64,000 bases of DNA from Paraspadella gotoi (Eukaryota; Animalia; Chaetognatha), in contig CM119266.1 in the NCBI GenBank assembly GCA_051294375.1, forward strand, positions 11,753,786 to 11,817,785, written 5' to 3'. Below, one piece after another: positions 1 through 13,600 of this stretch (positions are counted from its first letter, which is position 1; every line of letters starts with the position of its first letter). The translations under genes were made by a program, and so were the position numbers. The notes under the pieces were generated by a model. It worked only from the letters and a program-made list of their open reading frames with translations. It made no database searches and had not been told where the DNA came from.

Positions 1-1042
1 AAATAAAAACCCAATGTTGCAATAGCAAAATGAATGCGATGCCTAATTTTACGAGTTCAATCCTAATTCATTTTTTTATTAAAAACGCAGAGAGAGAGAG
101 AAGGAGATAAAACAAGAAAGAAATCAAAAGGCAGCAGCAGAAGCAGCAGGAGAAAAGAGAGAAAAAGAAAGAGCCCCTGCAGAGCCAGCTGCAGATTTGT
201 TTTTATTTTCCCGATGAATCAGCACTGGGCAAAAGAGAGAGAGAGAGAGCTACATATATTTAAAAGAGAAAAGAGAGAGAGAAGGAAACATAAAAATAAA
301 AGAGAGGAAATTTGTTTGTTTTTATAAAACGTAAACAAAACATATTTAATAACTGTCCTGACCCAATTTTAAGCACATTGATGATGAGAAGCTGTATATA
401 AATTTTCAGCTTCATAAACCCAAATTTAATCATTAAAAAGGCGATCTATAATTTGGAGCGCCGACGACGACAACGACAACGACGACTACGCCACTTATGC
501 GCAAAAGCGTTACAAGATCGTCCAAACGCAAAGCGATTGCGAAGATAAAAATTACGTAATCCAAAGTTATTTTGAAACGTGACATTTCGTCTGTTTAGCA
601 ATTCAAAGTTGGGACAAAAAAGAAAATGATAAATTATAGAAAGAAAATGCGAGTCAAGAGTTCAGAGATTTACTAGAGATTATATAAGATGTAGATTTAG
701 ATTTAGTAAAGATTATATCTGTTGCCCGAAGAGTACCAGTGTAAAGTTCGTCAATACAATTTTTTTTACTTGAAGCTATTAATCCAAACAGCCTGTTTTA
801 AATTAGCAATATCCTTATTACGGAGTGAGACAGTAATAGAGAAATAGAAAGAGAATGTTCAGTCAAAACAGTCCGTATTTTATTTCTGTGTACTCTCGTG
901 TCTCTAACTATTGACTAATGCAAGCGCATCTTCTCGGAAAGCAACGAAAAACGCCAAATTACCCCAAGGTCTTATTTTACTAATTTAATAAAACAATTAC
1001 ATTGTTACGCATTATAAATGGAGAATTCTAAAGTTCTTCGCT

Positions 1043-1483
1043 TCAATTGATAGATTTTCTAGACGTAACGCGACTCTTTGACTTTAACAAAGTCGTCATC
1101 GATTGGCCGATCACGTTGGGTGGAGTGTAGCTCTTTTTCTTACTGGGAAGAGTATTTTCTATTTTTATGTTCTCCGGCAGAGGGAGGGGATACTGTCGCC
1201 ACGATTGATCGAGGCTCTGGAAATTCTTCCAGTTCTCTTTCGATTGGACGATTTCAGCCTAGGAAGGGACAAGAAAAGACTTGTATTGCGCGAGAGCTCT
1301 TTCGTCCCCTCTTTCTCTTTCTATTCTGTTCCTTTCCCTCAAAATTTGATACTGTTTATTTCAGTACCTTTTTTCGTTTTTGCTTTTTACCAAATCTCAC
1401 ACTATTTTTTTTCCCTTACTATCGGATCACATGATAAAAAATGACTAGGAATGGTGGTTAATGTAAGCTTTGTTTTCAAAATG

Positions 1484-1528
<45 letters not shown>

Positions 1529-1529
1529 A

Positions 1530-1616
<87 letters not shown>

Positions 1617-4600
1617 ATCTATCTCTCTCTGCTACCCCTCCATTTCTCATCTCAATCACCCAAGTTCCCCTCGTCCATCGATGAATATGGTGGTGCTCTT
1701 TCTGCTGCTGACGAAAGATGGGGTGCGGGATATGGTCCACTTTCAGCTCTACACCTTTTGTAGCTCCTGTCTGTGCAGTCAAATCACCCATAGATGATTT
1801 GATGGATTTGACCGACAACTGCGACGGCCCACTGCAATAAAAAAAATGGTGTTTGTCGTTGTGGGTTAATTAAGCGACGACCCTCGTATAAATAAACTCA
1901 CTGTTTATATACCCAATGGAAGTTAGTTAATTTTTCTATTTTTTCCAACATACTTTTCCTGGTCAGACAGAAAGACAGACCGACCGAAGACAAATTTTCA
2001 TGAATTTATAAATTTATCAACATTGTGATAATTGTACTCTTATACCCTTTCGCTGGCCTTCCTCTAGCTATCCTCAGATCTCTTGGTTTCTTTGCGGGCA
2101 ATTCAACTTCAGCGTGGAGAGTTTGCTCAAAATCTTTAAACTCTTCGTCGGAATTTTCAAGATTGTCGAAAGACGAAGACGATGACGAAGATGCTTCAGA
2201 CTTGCGATAAGCCCCCGAGACTTTGTCTGTAACAATCTATATTATTAGTTTTGGCCTCGGCGAAATATTCTCATACAATTAAACAGTTAAAATGCAGTTA
2301 AACTTTACATTTTCATAACATGAAGCGAATACGTTTTTTACCCGTCCATTCTTGCAAAGCTTTTATTCTGGGGTCTTCGCTGAAGTGACTCGACTTGTTC
2401 GCTATCAATTTATTTCTTTCTTTGTCCTTTTTTCTTTTGGCAATGGCTTCTGACAATCTGCCACCGGCTTAAACAAAAAAAAAAAATTAAAAATAAGTGC
2501 TGAATGGCCTATGCGAAGTATGTTTGAATATGTTACAAAGTATTGCTTGTGTATTCGGAATATCTAACACATCATAGGAGTTTAGCGTTACTTGCCTTGG
2601 CTATCGCGAACGAGAGACGATTTTACTGTAACAGTTGACCTGGCGCTAAAAAAAAAAAAATATTCTTTATTTCCCCTTCTTCATTACTTCTTTTAATAGT
2701 ATTGAAGAGACAGTAAATATTGATAAGTGTTAATGACAAAACCGTTCAATATAAGCAGTCCCTGCGCTTCGGATCAGGCGGTAACACCATGTTACAGGCG
2801 GGTTAAGCGCCGCGTCCCTCTTAACCGTCAAACGACCACCGGGCTAGAACCCCGGACCTTTGGGTTGGGAGGCGAATGACTTGCCTCCGGCACCAATGGC
2901 CGCTGATGAACGGTCGGTGGATTTTAGTCCACCATAGTATTTTCTTTTACCCAGAAGGATCAGGCGTCATCGTCATCGTCATCCGCCGGAGAGAACTCTC
3001 TTCCTTCGTCGTCATGAGGCCGGGGAACCAGAGCTTCAGCAGGAGCTTGCACCAGTGAGAGTAGCTAGAGCGGTGGGCTCGTTCGCAGCAGGCGCGGTGT
3101 TTACGCAGCGTCCTGGAAGGCCGGTCTCGCTTGCCCTTCGACGATTGTGTTTATGAGAAATACTACGGTCATAATACGGTTTTAATTAAAAAGAAAAAAA
3201 ATTTAAGAAAAACAATAAAACTACGTATGAATAAATTTGATGAGACAAAGCTACCAAAAAAAAATGTGTATTGTAGATTTTTTAAAAAAAAATTTTCATC
3301 ATGTCACCTGTAGCATGTCCCAGTATGCGTAGAGGACTTCGGCGCGCGGTTTCATGAAAGGATTTTTAGCGGCCAAAACTTGGATGTATTTCAAATAACT
3401 AGTCAAATCCGCTTTGCTCGAGGCAATTTTTTCCTGCGAGAGTTCTTATTTGTACAATGTATATATAATCAGAAAAAAATAAATAATCAGTTTACTTGAT
3501 CTTTCTCGACGAGCAAGTAGCAATGATCGATGAGTTTGTACTCGAAAAAGAGAAGGAGACCCAAGAGAGTGGTGATTGTGTGAAGGGTCTTAGGTGCCGT
3601 GGCGACGGCGATGTAGGCGTAGAGAGTGGCCGCGCTTCGATCGCCCAGTCGAATCTTGTAGAGGCAGAGCGCAGAGAACTGCGAGAGTGGGGAGATGGGA
3701 TGGCAAGTAAGTTAGATTTAACAGTTCCAAGCACGAAACTACCTCATAAATTAATATTAACATACACTTGGTACAGGCCAGAAGAAATATTTCTATTGCC
3801 AAAATATACATATGTACCAATTTTATACATTTCTACAAGATTGGCAGAGAAATATGGAAACGCTACTCAAGAAACTGATAAATTTTTTTCAGTTTTTACT
3901 CGGATCTGCTTATCAGTAGATTCATCCTCTATAATTCACTTTGTCGGTCCGTCGGTCCGCCCCCACAATCTTGTCGGTCATTCGCTTAAATCATGTCATG
4001 TCCGTCCGTCTGTCTATCTGTCTGTAGGTCCGTCCGTCCCCCTTTATCATTAAACTTCAATTACTCGTGATTGATGGATGAATTGAATTAAAATTTTGTG
4101 TGTTGGTAGGAAAGTGTGTGATTGAGTTGAATATAAAGTTTCGATGGAATCGTTTGAGTTTAAATAGAAAAAACAAAAGTCATATTTACCTTAACATTTT
4201 TACTTATAATTATGTATCATTTAGCTCGCTATAAATTTTCGATGGAATAGTGCAAGTAAAAATGAATTTTAATAGAAAAAACAAAACTGAATTTTATTCA
4301 AGTCTCCATCTCTCTCTCTTAAATTATGCAAGTTGACTAAATTATGCCAGTTGACCAAATATGCCAGTTGTCCAAATTATGCAATTATCGCTTAATTATC
4401 GTATGCTCGAACTTGTTGTTATTATCTTTAATTTTTATTAGAAATATTGGAAATCCTTGCTCTTAAAGTTTTGGGAAGGGCCCCAGTTTTTTAAAAAACT
4501 CCCTTTTCCATTTTACACCTGTAAAAAGGCGACTATGGACTCAGTGCTGCGCTTCATCCCCAACCCGTTGACTGTCTCCGCCAGCGTTATCAAATCCATG

Positions 4601-7600
4601 TTGCCAATTGGTAGACCCAACGTCAGGCGACTTAACAGTGCCATTATGCAGTAGACGCAGAGCAAAAGGACGTCCTTGCGAGCGATGTAGCACATGTAAA
4701 GTTTTCCCATTAGGTCGTCAAGTTGATCAGCGTCCCCAGCCTCCAAAGCGTAATAACACACGCGTCCCATGAAGAGAACCAAGTCCCCCGTCATCACGTG
4801 ACAACTTCTTAAGATGCCCGACATCTGTATGGCAACCTACGGTCACACAGTAAGAAGCCATTGTTTTGGAAAAGCTCAGTCAACGTTATGAAAAGCTTTT
4901 ATCGTTCAGTTTTTCAATGTAGTGAAAAATAAACTGAATCTATCTTGAAAATAAACAAGTTTGAGCAAACAATGTCGGATCTGCCCACGATCATTATCGG
5001 TAATTAATTAATTAATAATTAATTAATAATTAATTCAAGTTAATTAATTATTTAATTAATTAATAATTAATTTATTCAAGTTAATTATTTAATTAATTAG
5101 GCAATTAGTTAATTAATTTGATCAGAAATGTTTGTTTTGATTGATTAATTGACTGATTAATTAATTAACTGACTAATTGATTAATTAACTGATTAATTAT
5201 TTGATTAATTAATACATCTTGCATTTGCATTTAAAATAAAAAGAAAAAGAAGCATAATCAATTAGTGAAATAGGTTCTTTGTTTTTTCCATTTAAACTCA
5301 TTTCCACTCAAACGATTCCATCGAAACTTGATTTCCAGTTTAATCACACACTTTTTTACCCAAATACAAAATTTCAAGTCAATCGCCCCATCCATTCATG
5401 AGTAATTGGTGTTCAAATAGTGAAATTTATTTTTTTTATTTTTTCCATTTAAACTCATTTCCACTCAGACGATTCCATCGAAACTTCATATACAGCTCAA
5501 TCACACACTTCCCTACCCACACACAAAATTTCATTCCAATCCATCCATCCAATCACGAGTAATTGGACAGACAGACGGACGGACGGATGGACGGACGGAT
5601 GGACGGACGGACGGACGGACGGATGGACAGACAGACGAACGAACGGACGTCTTTTTTTTGCATAATTTATCATTATTCGATGTTCTGACATAAGTGAATG
5701 CCCGACAATATTGAGGGGGCGGACCGACGGACCGACAAAGTGAATTATAGAGTCGGGATCTGCTTATAGCAGATCCGACTAAAAACTTCCTGAGTTATAT
5801 GCAGTGATTACGCAAACTTTTCACCAGAACAAACCTTAAAAGCACGATCACACCGATTCGCAGATAAGTGAAAGTCAAAAGCCATTGTTGCGATTCGTGC
5901 GATTATTATCTGTAACAATTCAACAAAATTTGTATTAAGAATCATGAAAATATGGCCATATTTTTTATTTTTTATAAATATAGATAGTGCTAACCTCGTC
6001 TGAATCAAAAATTTTATAATGCTTCTTCTTTGTTTTAAATTCTTATAAGCACAAAGTTACAAATCAAATCCAATTTTTCAAAAAAATGTTTTATTTGAAG
6101 AGACAGTGTTAATTGTTATGTGTTAGTGACAGAACCGTTCAATATAAGCAGTCCCTGAGCTTCGGATCATGTTGTAACACCATGTTACAGGCGGGTTAAG
6201 CGCCCGGTCCCTCTTAACTGCTAGGGGGCCACCGGGTTAGAACCCCGGACCTTTGGGTAAGGATGCAAATGACATTCCTCCGGCACCAATGGCCGCTGAT
6301 GAACGGTTTGTGGATTTTAGTCCACCATATATTAAGCTTTGAAAAATTGAAATTTTTTTATTCTAAGCCATCGATTTGTAAGTTATTCAGTTATTGCAGA
6401 ATTATCTGATGAATAATGCTTTTTATTTTAACATTTGCATTTAACTATTATTTTTTCGGGAGACAGGACAAATGAGTACTAGAGGGATCATTCACACTCC
6501 ACACGAACTTTTTATAACTAATGGTGATTAAGCACGATATAAAATATTTAACAATATCGCCCCTTTATTACTAATCATTAGTCAACCTACTCTATGATTG
6601 ATTGGATCCGCGCTGAGTTTGGTAATCTTTGGATTAACCATAATGTAATCGGTGATGAGGATGAGTGCTCGGTGTTCATAAAGCTCTAAAGTTTTGTTAC
6701 GTTTTTTGTCTGTGGAGACGGCGCGGCAAGATTCAACGACCATCAAATAGCTGAGGGCCACCTTTAAAGAGAGAAAAGAAAGAGTGATGGGGAAAAAAGC
6801 TTGAATATGCTTTGCGCTTGGCAAAGTTACTTTGTATAAAACTCCCATCCTAAAGGTGTTTGATAGCATCAATTGGGAAGCCCAGACGGCGTCCAAATTT
6901 CTGTCTACGGCGTGAAGGGAGATTCTTTGCAGCCACAACCATTGAAACTGTTTATCAAGGAGATCAAACTCCTTTTGATCCTTCGTTGCCATCCCAAAGA
7001 ATTTGTCCGTATTTTTTTCCTCGACCTGACGTCTTTGCTTTATTTTCTTTAAAAAATAAAATTTATCAATAATGATGATAGTTTCATAAACAATGAACAA
7101 TTTGACCAAGCATATGAAAAGTTAATCCCTTAGTTGAAAGAAAAAATATTGAGGCGAACCTTTCGCATCTCGTAGTACTCTCCGTCCAGCGGCAGCTTCC
7201 ATCTGCTGCCAACCCGCAACAGTACATCCAGCGCCACATCAGGCTTCCCTGCAGACACTTGACAATGACCCAGCATCTCGTCGATGCTGTGGTTCTCCAT
7301 CACGCTGATAGTCTCTAGCTCTTCTTGATCTTGAAGGCTCTTGGCCTCCAAGATAAACTGCTCTGCTACAAGGTAACGTCCCATTTCGAAATTTGCGCAA
7401 GCGCAGTGGAGCATCGCCGTCAGGCACAGGCGGTAATCCTTTGCGACGCGTCGGTGAAAGATTACCTAAAAAGGAACAAAAAAGAGTTAAATGATGATAG
7501 GTCCTAATTAAATTAATAATAATAATATATTATAGCGACGTTGGAAAAGGAGACTATGTTTAACATAATATAAACATTTATTACGATGTACAATGTGAGA

Positions 7601-10600
7601 ATAGTTCATAACAATGAAAGGTTTATTAGAGAGAGAATATCGTCCAACGGTGTCAACTTATAAGGAGGAGAGCATGAGTCAGAAAGAGAGAGAAAGAGAG
7701 AAGAAACGTCGGTCATATCAAGTGACCCAACCGGGACGAAAAGGCCGGTCGAATCGTCGACCATAGTCGTCGTCGACCGCTCCTCCACACATCCCCCGCC
7801 AAGCCACGGTAACGCGAGTTGGCGTGGGTGACCCAATCTTCGTGGAGGACGGGAAATGCGCGTTTTTCTCTCTGATGCCAAGGTTGACGTCTCCAATGGA
7901 ATTGTCGCCATTGATTTCTGTAGTGTGGCTCGTAGGGCATTTCTTGTTCATGAATTGACTTAAAGTCCATGAGACGAGGAATCGGAAAACGTCTTGGTCG
8001 CCACGGGCGTCGGACATTGGATTGGCGGCGGTGAGGTGGCAAGTAAGGTTTTGACTTGAGTGTCGCTATATCCACTGAGAGGGCGTCAATTTGTGCACTG
8101 AGAGAGCAGACTCTTTCGCAAATTGAGTCAAATTGAGAATTTGAAACAGTAGATGGCAAAGGAGATTGAGAAGATGAAGGAGATTGAAAACAACGCTGAC
8201 AGCGTCGCAAAATCAATGTCATCCTCGTCAGCGTAGAAGGTTTTGTCATTCTCACTAGGCACTTTGTTGTCATTGTCATCTGTGATAGTAAGAATGGGTT
8301 GTCATTAAATCGACTGTCTGATTGCTGCTATCACACGAGGTAAAGAGCAGTCTGCGTCGAGGTGTCCGGTTTTGTAATGGAATCTGTCTGGATTCGCTGA
8401 TTCCGTTAAATCGGGCCAATATTTGAACAGCGGCGTTTTTTCATTATTTTTTGGGGGTAGCTTCAACAGGTCGAAGTTGTCCTATTCTTTCAGAAAACGC
8501 ACTTGGAGTCTTCCTCCATTTCCAAAATGCAACCTTAAAATCTTGGATTTGAGTTGAAGAAGAACAACGTTTTTGTACTCAAATTTGAAGAGCTGGTTTG
8601 AAATGGGATTGGGAAATTGTACTCTTCAGGAGTAGCCGGCATCCGTGATTGTAAATGATAGGTTGGGCCAAACCAGTGGTCATGTCTTTAAAGAGTCGTA
8701 TTACTCCGCTGTTCGTATTTGTTAATATGGGAGATTGAAACTGCATCGGCAAAAAATATTTCTTCTGTTTGTAGGAGGAGGCAGAGTAAAAAGTTTCTGG
8801 CTGCGTTTTCAAAATTAAAGTCGGTGACAAAGGAGGCCATTTTCGTATCTTAGTTTAATTTCAAATTTTGTTTTTATTAGCCAAGAGAAAGAAGGCCCAT
8901 TAGAAATTGTCGTTTTTATTTGTTTTTTTTTTAAGAGCGAGGGAATTAAAGAATCACAAATAAGTTTGTTCCATGTGAGAAGGCTGCGATTTTCTTTTTT
9001 AGTTGGGCTCACCATATAGCGACGTTGGAAAAGGAGACTATGTTTAACATAATATACATTTATTACGATGTACAATGTGAGAATAGGTCATAACAATGAA
9101 AGGTTAACGGTGTCAACTTTATAAGGAGGAGAGCATGAGTCAGAAAGAGAGAGAAAGAGAGAGAAACGTCGTCATATCAAGTGACCCAACGGGACGAAAA
9201 GGCCGGTCGAATTCGTCGCACCATAAAGTCGTCGTCGACCGTCCTCCACAATATTAATAATTTATAATTTCTTTGCATAAGAATTTGAATTAAACCTGGG
9301 GTAGATTGTATAAGGCCTCGTCGCAGTAGCAAATGTTGCGGTTCATCTCGATCCAGGATTCAACTTCATCCACATTAGGTTCAAACTGTTCAAAGAAAAA
9401 ATATCCGGAATTTGTTGATATCATTTGCTTGACAATTTGTTCCCTATTATTAATTTTCGCAGTTTTTTTTATATCTTTTTGACTGAAATAATTTTATTAA
9501 CCCTAGTCGATGACGTTGAACAAATTTTACTCATACCTCATGAATCTGATTGATTGATAGATTGATTGATTGATTGATTTGCGTCAACGCATTAATGCCA
9601 CTTGTACTTAGGTTTTGTTTTTTTTTATGTTGATTCTACTTTATAATCTTATTCTGTTTAATAAATAACCATCGCTAAACACTGGGACAAAGAAACAATG
9701 AAAGGCCGAATGACCTAGTTTGTATGTCCGTATTGTTATATTTGTACTTATATTCGCGAATAAATTGTAAAAACAGCAAGAGCTGAAGGGACTAACCTGT
9801 TCCAAAATGTCGGCAATGGACTCGTCGCTGGAATTGATCTTCTTCTTGGGCACATATTGGAAGTTAACTCGGCTGAGAGATCTTAGGGTCGATTCGGGGA
9901 TGACTAGCAACGTTCCGGTAACAAGGAGCGCCGTAGTTCGGACCGAATTGTAAGGCATGCATTGGAAGCCCTTGACGTAGACCAAAGGATGGATCAAAGG
10001 ACCGCAGTATCTGACAGAGAAGGTAATGTTAACAGGTCAGGTAAAACTTTTAAAGTAGAAAAATGTGGTTATACGCTCAAAATTACTTCAGTAAACAATG
10101 AATTTTAAGATTATTGTACAGTGTACACGGATTTCAAATCAAAGTGAAATGAAAAGATCAAATACTGTGGCTAAATAATTTGTTATAGCAACTTCATAGT
10201 TTGCAAACTGGTAAAAAAAACGCTGACGTTTTTTATTTTCCAACTCCCAGTAGTCCAATTTGCTTACTTTCTTAATAATGAGTTCATCAATGGCATGGTC
10301 GAATTTCAAAAAATTTGAAAATATGTTACCTCACTAAACCTTGAAATATATGATAATTTTTTTAATAAATAATGAATGTAAAATAAATTATAATATTCGT
10401 CTGAATTTTATTCACAATGAGTTTGAAATTAAATTATCAAATAAGAAATTCTCCAAAAGAAGGTCCTGTAAAGCAAGCGCACCAGTTATGATGTAAAGTA
10501 ATCTCAATTTGTTATATAGGAACATAAACGTCAGGGATTCTTATAACTAATGAAATGATCAAATATCAATCAAATTGAATCAGTTCAGAGAAACAGGACT

Positions 10601-13600
10601 CTTAATCCCGGGGTCGTGGGTTCAAGCCCCACATTGGGCGCCACCCTGAAATAAGTATCTCTCTCAAGTAAAAACCAAGTAATCAAGTTAAGGCGTATAT
10701 TGAGAAAAAAGATGATCGAAAAATAATAATAAACAGAGGAACAGAAATATACGTCTGAACGGGAGAGAGAGAGAATAGAAAAAGTGAAATGTAGAATGGA
10801 AAAATCTCGTGGCTGCGCGGAACCCCCGATCGAAAAAGGGGGAGTAAGCGAAACGGGAGGAAGAAGAAGATCTGCGCGACTCCTCCTCCTCTTCACGCAA
10901 ATCTTTTCATTTCACTCCGATTTGAAAATCCGTGTAGGTATATAAAATTCCAGACTCACCCAAATTCGGGGTGGAACTGAAAAAAAGGCTCCCTGTTCCT
11001 AATTGAGCATCGTAAGGTCAACTTGGTATTTTCAATGAAGTCGGCTGCCTCGCGATGGCGCTTGGTCGCTACTGTCGTTGTCAGTACCTTTGAGTGAATT
11101 AATAGAAAATTCTAATCGGGAAAGGCAATGAAATCGATTTGGCCGTAATAAATATTTAAACGACTTCGGAACAAAGTCAAATTGAGCGCATCACACCTTG
11201 TAAGCCTCCTCTGCAAGAATGGGGTGGCAGAAAAAGAGGTATTCACAGGCGGAAGTGTCGAAATAACCGTTCCGGTTGCAACGACAAACCGGATTGGGAC
11301 ACTTGTAGCCTAGAATGATTGATTTATGTAATTTAAACGTTACATTAATATAAAAATGTGAACGTTCATGCAAATAAATAAAAAATAAATTATGAGTGAC
11401 TAATTTAAAAGTAAATTCCAAAAAAAATAGAAATATTCCAGAACAAGTTTTGAATCCTAATAAATACGATTTCATGCATATTGTGTCTTTTTAATAGAAT
11501 CAGTCATTTGATTCACCTTCAACAGTGGCGCGGGCGCAGCTAAAGAGTCTCAGTTCAAACAGCTTCCTGATGCATTGTTTGTAGGCCTCCTTGTCTTTGT
11601 TGGGAAAGACCTCTTGAAGGAGAGGCTTTTGGAAAGCTGCGACTCCCAACACCGCCGCTGATTTGATGATCAATTGCTCCGTCTCGTCTATGTTGTCGAG
11701 GATGGAGACGGCCATCTCGCGGATTGCTGTCGGGACCACAAAATGTACAAGGTCCACTTCCTGATTGGAATAGATTTAGGATACTGAAAGAGAGTGGTGG
11801 CGTAGAAAGATGGTAGCTTGTCCGAATTTAATCAGAGACCACGTTTTATTTTGCTTGACTCTCTCGATCTTGATTTTAACAACTTCATTATTTGACTGTT
11901 TCTGTTACCCTTGTTCTCAACCCCTTTTAAAAACCTCACCTTTTCGACGATGCACATGTAAAGCTTTGTTGGATCCATAGAGTGATCATCGGGTCTTCGT
12001 TGGAGAAAACTTACATCCTCTTCATTGTAGTTCTCAATTTCTAGGGACTGGACGTCGGTGGAGATCATCCCCAGAGACACCTCAAGCAGCTTGCGGCGCA
12101 TCTCTCGCATGATCCTCTGCTCTTCATGCTGCCCGCCCGTCGGGTATAAGCGAATCAATGATCTCTTTCGCTTGTGGAGATCGAATTCTACAGTGTGGGT
12201 AAGGAAAGCATTGATATTGAAAGCTTAGGGGGTTGCTTTTTTATCTCTTTACTATGAAAAAAAAGTAAGAAAATGGAAGTTTACAAAATGCTTAAATGTA
12301 AGGTCCTATTTAAAAGCAAAAATGTCAAAAATACGTTTATATTGAAGAGCCACATTGTTTCGTTTAATCGCGATTGCAATCGTCCCTCACCATCATCTCT
12401 CAACTTTTTCAAAGATGGGAACTGCTGCATCAAGATTCCAATGCATCTTTCAGTCGAGATTCCTGGAAAACTTTCCATCATTTTCTTCGCCTTCTCCACT
12501 TCACTCGGATTCAGGGGGATTTCGACGACCTATATTGATAAATGATGTTATCGAAAAATGTTAAAAAAGAAATAAAACAAAGAAATATTTTAATCAGCAT
12601 CATTTTTTTGGGTTATTATTAATATTGACTAAGAATCATTCCGTAGACATCTCACTTTGATCTTCATGGAACTGCGCATCTCTTCGATGAGCATGTGGAG
12701 CAACAAAGGATTCCCGTCGGTCACGCTGCGGATCACGCGTGTTAACGCAATGGGGATCGTCATGGTGCATAGAATTTGATTAGCTGGTAGAGAAAGCAAT
12801 GGGAAAGCGGGATGAAGAAATATTGGATGGGTGAATTCAGTGAATCAAGCCGTTTTTGCATATAATCTTTCCATTAATTGCATCGCATGTCGTTTAGTTT
12901 CTGTATTTTCTCACCCAGGAAGACGACGTCGTTTCGTGAGAGTTTATTGAGAACGTAACGAGAAACCCAAGGATCCTGTGAATGAAGTAATGCATTGTGC
13001 ATAAATCATCGTAAAACTCCAACATAAAAAGTTTCACCACCTTCGGCCATTTCTACCTGTTGCAATGAAAGGCAACCGCCGAATGATGCCATGTCTTTCC
13101 TCAATGTCCGGAAGGCCAAGACGCAAAAAGTGGTTGGTCCTCGCCCGAGCGCCACCACGCATCGCCACGATGCCGAGTCCAGGTACTGGGCGTCGTCGAT
13201 GATGAAGATGTGAGGACGGTCGCGCCCGATGCGGCTGCCGATACACTGAAGACACGCTTCGACGTAACGGGGGTTTATCTTGGGTTTGAATGAAGAGAGA
13301 AAGGTAAGTGAGCCAAACAGCACAGTAAAATCCGCGGGAGGAGCGGTAACTAATCCCTCGAGCGTTGTGGCAATATTCGGCTGACTGAATGAAAAAAAAT
13401 ATTTAATAATAATAATAATATTTATCTAATAATATTAGGTATTTAATTTATTGATATAATTTATTAATATTTAAGATCTAATAGGATTTCCTCTGTTTCA
13501 CATATTAAAATGTATTAAGGAGTGACAAGCAGGTCTCATTTTCTTTAAATAATTGTTTTGTTTCAGCGTTACTTTTTTCAATATTTCCGTGTCAGATTCC

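Noticed and set aside
410-547. Possible terminal exon FINPNLII..RRRRQRQRR on the plus strand
   Set aside because: Short, driven by a (CGA/CAA)n repeat, with no partner exon or recognisable motif in the window.
1451-1684. SLSLSL / ERERER ORFs here and near 28604, 30089, 31319, 38161, 43328, 46993, 57481 and 60960
   Set aside because: Translations of (CT)n/(GA)n microsatellites.
10620-10900. TGGCGCCCAA (minus strand) as the tRNA-Lys PBS of an LTR element
   Set aside because: The tRNA match extends ~50 nt through the anticodon arm, and there is no adjacent CA-ending LTR or second LTR.
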